The position numbers and the translations under genes are program-made. A stretch of 64,000 bases of DNA from the NCBI GenBank assembly GCA_000708835.1, contig DF237111.1:100576-164575 (forward strand), in the 5' to 3' direction. The notes beneath the pieces are model-generated. The model did no database searches. It worked only from the letters and a program-made list of their open reading frames with translations, and had not been told where the DNA came from. The stretch's first letter is position 1; each line of letters starts with the position of its first letter. This document shows positions 36,533-47,103 of the stretch, in pieces. The DNA comes from Klebsormidium nitens. Taxonomy: Eukaryota > Plantae > Klebsormidiophyceae.

Positions 36533-38336
36533 ACTGTACATTTATTTTGAATTACCGAAATCTCCAACTTTCCAGCACATATGTGCACTTTGTAATGTGG
36601 CCATTTTAAAGGCGAGTATGTGATCTGAAGCGGGCCAATCTTGAATGGACGCAGGCAATCTCATTTTGGCTGAGGCATGCGTTTGCGACACCTCAAACTT
36701 GGTAATGGTCGCAGTGAAAAGCAAGTGGCTACTGCATTGTGCCGCTCTTGGAATCATGCCGGACATCTGCCTGATCATTGTGCCGCCAGTTTCAATGGCT
36801 GCTTTTCTTTGAAAGAAGCGCAGAGGGCCCTCAAGGCAAAACTCCAGAAGGTGTTATTGTTCTGCTTTGAAATGTGCTGACTTGACAGGATCGAACGCAT
36901 CGCTTTGTGATGATTTGTGCATCTGGTTTCTGCGTTTGCTTGCCTTTCAGCGTCTTTGTTAAAGGGAGGTTTGTAGTCAATTCAAGGCAGTCTTTGGAAG
37001 AATGCAATTCATTACCCGTGGAGTAATGGCATACTGTAATTGCCACATCTGTTCAAAAGTGCAACACTCCAGGGGCTGCATCCAATCAGTAAGTCAGCGG
37101 ATTGCTGACCTACACATGAACTTGCAGTTTGCAACGTTTGTCCATCCAAGGGGACTGGCTGGTGGTTGTCCTCTCTTCTTACATCAAAGCCTTAGCAGAA
37201 GCCAGGTTTCGCCCCGGATTTGGCCATGAAGATTCCAGGAGTATGTGTACTCATAACAGGGCTTGTTGTGACAAAGCACTTGCAGGGAGACTGCAAAGCA
37301 CGTTCCTGAACTTTGTTTTCATGTTCCTGAGTGTATGGTTCAGCTTGTGCTCTGGTTGGCCCTGCTCTTCTGAAAACAGAGTCCAAGGACGTGCTCTGCA
37401 TGTGCCGCACGTTGTCTCGACTGCAGTGCTTCTTGCTATATTGTGGTGACCAGTTGTGACCAGGTGAGAGCCTGCATTGCTTTGTTTTGAGGGAAGGCCA
37501 ACTCGTCTTGTATACATCCGCGACTGTTTGAATGAGCTTGAGAGACCAGAACAAAGAATCTCCCTCCAACCACGAGGAAACATCGCGTTCGTTACAGATT
37601 GAATTGAAACAGTAGCTTGCAGTCCATGCATGAAACATACTTACAATGATCAGTGCCAGGACCGTCGTAATACTGTATATGAGGGTACGTACTCAAATCT
37701 GGCAACAGACTCCAGGCTCAGGCCATGCGCGTATGTATGCGGCCCGGCTGCTCAGCATCAGGGCCGGCCAAAACACAGTAATGACAATGCGTGCGGCGGC
37801 CCATGCACAGGCGAGGCCGATTATTCACATGATGGGATCGGCATCTGAAAAGTTATGCAGCATGGCAGCTCATGCATTGGTTCAACCAATCAGACGGCGG
37901 GCCCGCGGCTGCCCATGCATGTAGCCATGTCTTCCATGTGCATATACGACACAGTGGGTTCAAAGTGCAATGCATGCATTCAACAACCATTGAAATTGTT
38001 GGGTGGCTCAATTGCCCGGCCTTGTGATAGGTTTGCAAGTCGCCACATACCGGCGATGATGTTGAAAGTCGTGTGCATGATATAAGATCACCCGAAGCAG
38101 CCACATCACTGACGGCTGTGGTTCCATCATCTTATTCACGGCCACAATCTAGCTGGACGACAAAGATCTAAAAGGAGTCACCTCGCCAGGGCATATGCTT
38201 AAGATTAGTAGCTCATCGACTGCTGACATGCTTCCAGGACATAAGTGGAAGCATGGGGTTATTCATCCCTAGTCTTAAAAGAATCTTCAGAGGACCTCAG
38301 TACCGACAGTTCGCACCGGATTGTACGATAGAAGAT

Positions 38337-41300
38337 CTAATCCTCTGCTGCATCCCCGTACTTTTTCATAAGGCTAGCAATATCATCTTCGCCGTCGTCT
38401 CCTTCATCCCCTTCTTCCTCCTCGTACTCGCTGCCATCCTCTTCCTCACCAGCATCCGCATAATCGCCTTCCTCAGCATCGGCATCTGCAAACGATGCAA
38501 AACTTATGTAAATACCAGTTACCCTGATTTGGGTCAACTGCTGCCTATGGTGCAAGCAGAGCACGGACAAAAGGCCTTTCTTCTTGAAGCGCTGGATTTC
38601 AACAAGACATATTCGTAGGTCGATTCCATCAAAGGCATACCCAGCACCATCTCGTTATGGTTGCCAGCGAGAGCATAAGGCGCAGGCACGTCCAGGATTC
38701 CATCTTATTAGCAAGCCATTCCCAGCATTGAAACTGCCTTAACTCGAAGCAGCCACAGATTGGAAGTGGACCCATCGGCTGTAGAGAGGTCCGAAAGTCG
38801 TCGCTCACCCATATTCGCCTCTTCGTCTTCCCCGCCGTTGGCATCCTCGGCGCCAATATCGTCCCCGCCGCCCTCCGCCGCCTCGTCCCGCGTGCTCTCT
38901 TGCACCTCTTCCGCATTCGCTTCCCCCGAGTTCCCCGCTTCCCTCGGCGAGGCAGCCAAGCCCGCCCGGTTCAGCTTTACCGGGGCTGGCCGCTTCCCTT
39001 CCCTAGCCGCACTGTCCGGCTCTGCTCTCCCGGCCTCTTCAATCTCCCGTGCACGTTTCTTGGCCGCGCGGATCTCAGCTAGGGTGAGGATCCTCGGACC
39101 GTCCTTCTTCTCCGCAACTTTCTCGTTCGCGTCCGGACCTCTCACGGACCCACTGGTCGCTCGTATCCGTCTGTTAGACCCATCCAACTCAACCAGCTCC
39201 CGCATCCGCGCCCCCTCCCCTGATCGCTCTGGCGCACCATACCCCCCGGAACCTTTCGTCTCGCCGGGCACTCCCTTCTCCTTTTGCTGCTCAAGCCACC
39301 TCCGCCGCGCCTCGGCTCCAAACTTGCGCGGGCCTCCGTTCTCGTCCTCGGCCGAAACTTCGACGGCCCTCGCCGGTCTCGCTACTTCTGGCCGGTGGAC
39401 GACTGGCTGCTCGCCTTGGTTCCGGTTCCGGCCCCAGCGATCCGCCCCCTTGGCCAGCGAGGCCCGTTGAAGATCCACGACCAGCCGTTCCCGCTGACTG
39501 TCCTGAGCGTCGACCCGTGCTTGGACTCGCAGATGGCTGCCCTGATTTGCGCCTGTATGGGGATAATCTGCCAATTATGGACGGCAGGAGGGTTCAATGA
39601 CCGCTTGATGGGTAGTTGCACATTGCTCGCGGTTATAGCCGGCCTTCTCCGAATATTCCACTGGTTTTCCCCACATTCCAATAACCTGCGGCAAACCGCC
39701 GGAGCTTGTGACTGTCCAAGTTCGCAGATTTTATCTACTGACAGCTCGCGCCAACTCTTCGGAAGTCAAGCACGGCGTTTTAAAAGTGTAACCCAACGCT
39801 TCCGAACGCCGAGCTCAACTGGTCCTTAACCGCGCTCTCCAGAAATAACTAGGTGGCAACCCCGGAGCAATGCTAAAGAGCTGTTGAAGTCAAAAGATGG
39901 CCGCTCCCTACTAAGCTCACGCTCCGGATGGTCTTCTTGTCCTGATGGACGTTTGGCAGATCATACTGAAGGCAACCTGTTCCGTTGATGTGACCAGATA
40001 CAAGGGCCTTCAGACCTAGATGCAGTTTGGGGAAGGGCTGAACTCGTTTGCAAACATGGCCAGAGAGCTCAGAGCGCGCGTGCACAGAGCATCCCATCCT
40101 CTGACCCGGTGATACGACGAGGTGCTAAAGCAAGGCAGGACGATCCATACTACAACCTTCTCGCAAGACTGGAAAGAACCATGGAACACACAGCCAAGCT
40201 CCGACAATCACCTCCGCCCAATCGGTCCTTCACGCTCGGACTTGTGGTCGCGACGACCCTCCTCGGCGCCCCTCGATCCCCCATCTCCTCTCTGCCTCCT
40301 CCAACTCTCCTCCTTCCTAATCTATCCTCCATGTGCGTTACTCGAGATTCCCCTCGGTTCTCCCCTCGGTTTTCACCTCGGTTCTCCCGGCCTGTCTCCC
40401 AATTTTCCCGGACTATCTGACGGACCGCGGGCTCTGGCCTAGCAACGCTTCTAATGGTTTCTCCTGCCCTCCCGACGGACGTCCGCACATCCCAAATAGG
40501 CCCCCTGCGAGCTTTGCTAGGCGTGCTTTTCCGGCGGTCGGAGCCCGGAGCGGCGGCGTCTGCTTCCTCGTCCTCCTCATCAAACTGCAGAACCATGTTC
40601 TCCTGACCAGGAGACGGTTCCGCCGCGGCCTGCATCAAACAGGGAATTATGAGCTTTCGGGATCGAACTTACTGAACAAGCAGAGGAGACGAGAGATACA
40701 AGCACTGGCTTTCAATGCTTTCTCCCAAGGCCTTTCGTACGGTCAGCGTGCAAACTGTTAAGTTATCGGCTCAGGAAGAAGGTGGCGTCGAGGAGGGTGG
40801 CGTTGAGATCTGTGACCTTTTCCACATGCACCGCCATGAGGAGGCCATGAATAAAGCGTCCGCGAGCGACCACTTCCTACAAGAGTTATGTTTGAAGGTG
40901 CATCCTCGACACAGCACGTGAATGGAAACAGCATATGAACAGGGCACAATCTCGTGCTTGAAGCTTCTGCACAGAAAACCAATCGTACCTGTGCCTGTGC
41001 TCGCCAAGAAAGTTTTCTCCGGCCAGCGTCAGCAGCCCCCGCTTCCGCTGGCACTTGTCCGCCTTGCAAAAGTTCACCCTCCTCTGCAGCCGCATTGAAC
41101 AAAATATGATGACTCTGTGTGCCACAAGTAGGTACGGGCAACAGTTCACAGATTGACAGCAGGCAACAAACAAGGAGCCAAGCTGAAAGCTTGCAGGAAT
41201 GGCCACAAGAAAGAACGCGTAAACTGTGGCAAGGACTGCGTTTGCGGAATGGCCACAAAATACATCAGTACCACATGTTCTGTGCCTTCATCCAGAAGAA

Positions 41301-42412
41301 GAGCAGTACTAGGGGGTTGATGGGATGCATCTGTGCCTGCAATAAGTAAACACTGTCCAAAACTCCTGGACTCCTGGAAAAGCGTATACTGACCTGCGAC
41401 AGCACCTCCGGCGATGTCAACCGAATTAACAGCTGATGCTGCTAGTGTCATGGAGTGTGAATAGGGACAAGCGTCCCCTTTCATGCACTTGCCCTGTGCA
41501 TAGAATACGCACGGAACGGTGGAAGGGTCCACTGTTGGGGCCCGTGGCATCCCATAGGCTCCGTAGTTCTGAGCCTGCATGAGACATCAAATTCTTAATG
41601 CATTCATCTACCGTTGACTGAGAAACCTCTCACGATTTTCTCTGAGCTTGGATGTCTGAGCAAGTCGGATTCTCCTTGCAAGTTCTCCCCGACAGTGCCG
41701 TTTGAGTTAGACAAGCTCTCAGCTTTCATCACCTTTCGTCACCAGACAAGAAGTGTATGGAAGCCAGCAATGCCAAACAAGCAAACAACTTTCTCCAGCT
41801 TGTTACTCTGCTGATGCAGGTAATCAGGTGTCCAGACAAAGAAGGCAGACGCCGACTCGTATGCAAAGACAGACGCCGACTCGTATGCAACGAATCGACC
41901 AATAGAGGAAAGTTGTGACAGGCAACTCACGAGGTGTCGGAAAGGACAAGCAGGGCCCTTGGCGCAGCGGCCATTGAACCAGAAAGCGCAGTCTTTCACA
42001 GCTGGATTGAGGGCCAGGGGGTTGTGTCGAAACTCGCACTCAGTATCGCCCTGCAGCGGCACCGCAAAGGAGACGCTCTTACAAAGTTCCAAAGCCAAAT
42101 GCTGCAGACCTCAAGCAATTAGGTCGGGCGACAATTGTCCACCTCGAAATTAAAGCCGAAGCAAAGTGCATCAGTGCCATTGAAAGGTACCCAGTGCCAA
42201 AGCAGTGCCAGAGCTCCCAACATACGGATATGCAGCCAGAGACAGTTATGAACCGCACTGGCAACTAGTAATGGAGTTGAATAGTGCCAAGATTTAGACA
42301 AGGAGACAGATCATAAATTGCAAAACGAAACATGAAGACGCACCTTTTTGCAGTTGCCTTGCAGGTAAAACGTGCAGTCCGTGCTCTTGCGGAGCGTGAT
42401 GGGAATCGCCAT
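38337..42412 (-). CDS. Triple CCCH zinc-finger protein (ZC3H11A/AtC3H17-like architecture) with acidic C-terminus
   Basis: Exons 42412-42344, 42050-41931, 41574-41394, 41083-40989, 40629-40212, 39567-38809 and 38485-38337, phase-consistent; small extra exons at 41.1-41.3 kb are possible. Fingers: DCTFYLQGNCKKGDTECEFRH, DCAFWFNGRCAKGPACPFRH, PCVFYAQGKCMKGDACPYSH. A 5'UTR intron acceptor lies just upstream of the ATG. Confidence 0.85.
41845..41890. repeat. Intronic 24-bp tandem duplication
   Basis: cagacgccgactcgtatgcaa occurs twice in adjacent positions. Confidence 0.75.
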
Positions 42413-43787
42413 CTCAAATAAATAACCTGTAAGATGGAGAAGTCGGTCACCTCTCTGGCTTCATTGACACCTCACCTCTGTCTAGCTCCTTACACCGGCC
42501 TGGACCAATGAGTCGATTTTGGACCAGCAGCCGTTTGGAAACCCTAATCGATAGCTTTCAAGAAATCTGACGTGATGAAACTGTTTGAGAAGGAGGATAT
42601 CTGAGACTAGGGACGCAAACAATGAGATTTGGAAGCCTGCCAGAGAACATCCACAGATGTTTTCTGATGGCTTATTGGTAGGAGGCGCTAAAAGCCATGT
42701 ATGCCTCTTATGCGCCACTTCTCGCAACCGGAATTCAGTGATACCCGTAGTGGGCAGGACAAGAGCTGCAACTAAACATCTCAAAGGATGTCTCGCCCTC
42801 ACTCCCTCAAATCACACAGCTTAGCGCCCCGAGATAAGCACCAGGATCTCACAAACAATGCCAAAAGGTATGGCACTATGACAGGCACCATGCTTCCCAT
42901 TACCACCTTCTCCAAGCAATTCGAAGCGCAAACGCCTCCACAAACTCACCAGCTTTGATCTTGTTAACCGCCCGCTCCACGCTTGCAATTGGTCTATCCT
43001 TTTTTGCGGTAACTGGCAGGTCAAGACTACCTCCCCATGAAGCTTACACATCAAAGAAAGACCAAGCTCTCCAAGCGTCCAACGCCGCTGAGAAAATTGG
43101 CCGCCTCCTCAGCTAGCGGCGCCTCGACTTGCTGATGATTCTCACGTGCAATGTTTTGTATGCTCTGTCAGAGCTTGCATTGATGAATATAAGCATTGGC
43201 AAATGAGCATTTGATCTTAGCAAAGCGTTTCCAACAACCGAGCAGGCATAAGTGCACGTACAACGTATACGCAGTCAAGGTAGTCTCATAATACTGCCCG
43301 GTATAAGCGCCGGGTATAGAAGCATATCCGCGCAGATTAGGGGCAAAAACAGCGGGAGTGCTCTGTTTATTAAATGCAATCTCGCTTGAGCGAGTGCAGC
43401 CAGAGGGCGCAAGCACCCAGGCAAAATAATTGAGCTCCAGTCGCGAGCAGACCATAGGGGCTCCACCGCGGGGGCGTCCACAGAATTTTGCAGGCGTCTT
43501 ATATGGTCCTTTAGCAACATTTGGCACCGGTTTTTGGGTCCGTCCGGCCGGTGGAGCCTCTGGTGTCATTTGAAGAGTGGACCCTTGTCTGCTTTTACCA
43601 GCTAGAACCCCTTTTTTTGGCTGTTGAGAAACATGGTCAGCTAGCACCAAAATTTGGCGGAAACCTTTTCAGAGCATCAATGAACATATTGGAGCACTTT
43701 CGAACTTCTGGGCACCTGAGAATGCAAGGACCCGTCCACTTACAATTCTGAGGTATAAAAGTGAAAATCTGAGGGACAAACTTTAGG

Positions 43788-44325
43788 TCCGATGATAATC
43801 CCCGATTGGCGGACAAATCGGGCCTATGACACAATTGGAATCCAGTGTCCCAGAGTCACAGGGAAGCCCCGGGCATACGCTAAAACAAAAAGGACCTGCC
43901 CGGTTGCTAGTTGCAATGGTGTAACCCTAAAGCGGGAAGGCCCGATTGTCTTAGGGAAGTGCCCGGTTGTTACCCGGTTGCCCGCGAGACCCTAATGTCA
44001 CAGGGAGGGCCCGGTTGCTCCCCGGGCGGTGTGCGAGACCCTAATGCTAGTGGACTTGCCAGGGGAGCAGGGGAGTGGTGGTAGCACCCGGGGCAACCCG
44101 TCGCGAACCACCATCCCACCCCCTCCAATAAGGAGCGCCGCCCTTATGTACTGCAATTCAGACGGTCGCGGCGAGCAACTTTGTGGGTCGACACGGTCGC
44201 ATCGAGCACGGTCGATATCGAATTGTGCATTGCCGATCGGACGGTGCGCAATGCAGCGGCGGTGCCACCCCTTTTGTCAAGTGTCATAGGCCCGATTTGT
44301 CCGCCAATCGGGGATTATCATCGGA
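43788..44325. mobile_element. 538-bp MITE/foldback-like element with perfect 45-bp terminal inverted repeats
   Basis: tccgatgataatccccgattggcggacaaatcgggcctatgacac at 43788-43832 is the exact reverse complement of 44281-44325. Internal direct repeats: cccggttg x4, gagaccctaatg x2, gtcacaggga x2. No coding capacity and no clear target-site duplication. Confidence 0.7.
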
Positions 44326-44765
44326 TTGGCACCATTTGAAATGGAAAATGGTGGTGGTCCAAATCCATCTTCTAATCGCCCTTCAACAAGGCTTTGAAGG
44401 CATATGGAACAGCGTGCTTCAACACGGTGCTTCCACCACTGAGGAGGGTTCTCTGTGGATCGGAGGTGCTTCTGCCACTAGAAGCGAGAGGGTCGTCGTG
44501 AATGCAAGGTTTGCGGAATCCTACTCCCCAAATGTCAGAAGCGACGTCTTGGATCCGCTGAAACCGCACCCTTCCATCTCCAGAAAGCAGCACACTATCG
44601 ATTCCTCTGCCTTTCTGCAATTTCACTAGCCCAACCATGATTCTCTTACGAATTCCTAGGCTTGCAAACGTTGCGCTTGACTACGGAACCCGTAGATTAG
44701 CACGGAGGCCTGCCTCCTGTCTTTCCTGTCAGTCAGACAAGCGAGAAAGTGAAAGCTATGGCAAA

Positions 44766-46231
44766 ATGGATATGCAGAGAGGGCAAGTTAGGCATGGGTT
44801 GCAAGAACCAGGATTTTGCAGTGGCAGCAACAAATGTTGGGCACCAACAGAATTAGATCCAGCTCACGAGCAAACGTCGGAGGCCACAGTTCGTGCACAT
44901 AAGGTGGTGCAGTCTCTGCAACCAGGCTTGGGGCAGCTGGACCAGAAGCTGTGGGCGAGGGTCCCTCTTATGTTGGGAAGTGACACACTGGGTAGCTGGT
45001 TCAAAGTGGGTGGCCATCGCAAGAAGGCCACAAACGCGAGTGTAAGGCTTTCCCTGACCCTGGGGCTTATCATCTGCAAACTTTTGTTTAGATGCTTGTT
45101 CCTTACTCTGTCCTTGATGGATTCACATGTAACGAGGATGATATATTCTATGGGGATGTTCAGGCTAGCACTATCTCAGGGTTCCTTGTCTTTTCTTAAG
45201 TCGGGTTTCAATTGGTGATGATGCTTAACCGAGAGTCTGTCTGTCACATAAAGTCCTCCACCGTGCCCATAATTTTGATCTGCCTGGCCACTAGTTGCCG
45301 CTTGTCGCGATGAATAATAAATCCGTAGTGTTGACAGCATCAAGTCCTTGAGATGTTGGGAACCTTGACTTGCACTCCATAGAGTTTCTGTGACCTGCAT
45401 GCGATGATGATATAAGACCACATAATTGCAAGCCTGAGGCACAGTGAAGGTATCCAGGTTGTCCGACGCTTCTGATCTGGAGAAAGGCTTCCATGCCTGA
45501 TGGTAGCCATGTTGAGTCCCTCGATTCGTTATACTAATTTGATAGCCTCATTGCAGGTTGGTGCTCTTGCGGACCAAACGAAGACGTGCGTCAGCTGTGG
45601 CCAATCCAAGCAGCTCAGGGACTTCGCAACGACTGTGAGCAGCCCCGATGGTCGCCAGATTCTTTGTCGAGCTTGTAAGGAAGAGTTCCTTTGCAAGCGG
45701 TGGGGCAAGCCGTTCCATTTGGGGCTGTCACTTGAAGAGTCACGTGATGCTGCAAAAGTCTGTTCGATATGCCGTGTGAAGAAGGAGCTTCGAGACTTCA
45801 GCTTCCGGAGTCGTGCAAAGGGTACCCTGAGAAAGAGCTGTAGAGCATGTGTTCATGACAAAAACAAAACGAAGGTCGCGGTTGTTACGCAAGATGAGCA
45901 GATATGCGCAAGCTGCTTGATAGTGAAGCCCGCAGATGCTTTCTGGAAGGATCGGCTGGCAAAGTCTGGGCTCAATCGGGATTGCAAAGAGTGCTTTCGG
46001 AAGAAGGAGATAGAACGACGCATAGCTTTGAGCTCTACTAGACAGGACTTTCCCTGGCGAACATCCGGGCAGAAGATCTGCCCACATTGCAAACAGGAGA
46101 AGGATCGGGGACACTTCAGTCCAAGTCGACAAGATGCAGATGGATTAGCCAGATGGTGCAGGGCTTTTGCAAAAGAATATGTACAAGTGAACAGGAGGAA
46201 ACAGAGAGACACGCTTATCAGTGAAGGTTGA
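44766..46231 (+). CDS. Uncharacterised protein with four tandem C-x2-C...K...F...G...C-x2-C zinc-ribbon repeats
   Basis: Exon 45557-46231 (ttgcag| acceptor) encodes CVSCGQSKQLRDF..DGRQILCRAC, CSICRVKKELRDF..GTLRKSCRAC, CASCLIVKPADAF..SGLNRDCKEC and CPHCKQEKDRGHF..DGLARWCRAF. The putative first exon 44766-45041 (phase 0) is low confidence. Confidence 0.65.
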
Positions 46232-47103
46232 TATCATCTCACGATGGTCGGACCTGGCCGAGCGCTCGGCAATTCATTGTTGCTTCAGGAAGCACAGTCA
46301 TGCGCCTTGTGCATCGAAAGCATGAGCTCGCGGGCCCACCAGATGTCCTCATGAGCCTGATTTATGCAACATGACGTCAGATTCAGATGTAGCAGCTGAA
46401 TTGAAAATCAAGTTTTGCTGCGTGCTGATACATGCACGTACAGGCCACACGTGGTGATTTAGGCCACCGTTTTAAATCCGGGGCGCAGCTGAGTCTGCAA
46501 CAATCCAAGATTCTCAAACTTACGCATGCAATTTTGCATATGGCCGCATGCAATATCCATGCTTCGTATGATAAATCTGTCACTATGCGTCTTGCATTGC
46601 AATGTACGCAGTCATGCATGCAGTGAGCGCCCGTCAGAGCGTGTCGGCAGACTCGGACCCGGCCATGCAATCAAATTGCACTACTGAGCTGCTGATAGCA
46701 ACCCCATACATAATTGGATCGGACAGAGCTAAACATGTGCCTAGTGATTGTGAGTATAAGATCGAGCAAGCATGCAGGACCTAAGATCGCTGATGTGACG
46801 GATTCGATGGTCTGTAATAATACTGGCAGGAACTTGATGGAATGCCCGGCAAGCTGTGCGGACAAGATGGCATCTCTCACTCTCTTGGTCGTGTGACCGA
46901 TCACGAGCCGGCCACAAAATTCCTACACCCTGGAAAAGTCTGCCAACACACAAAAGACTAAGCCGGCAAGCCAACACAGGGCTGCAGCTTTCATGTGCAA
47001 TCTGCACTGTCGAGTGACCAAAGCATCTGCTTTTATGCCGGCAATCTGATACTGCGACTCTTTCTCACTTGAGTGTGCCCTGAAACGTTTTCTTACGCTG
47101 CAC

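Noticed and set aside
43168-43650. 160-aa minus-strand ORF upstream of the CCCH gene, considered as a possible transposase for the adjacent inverted-repeat element
   Set aside because: No DDE or other transposase motifs are visible and it lies outside the inverted repeats.
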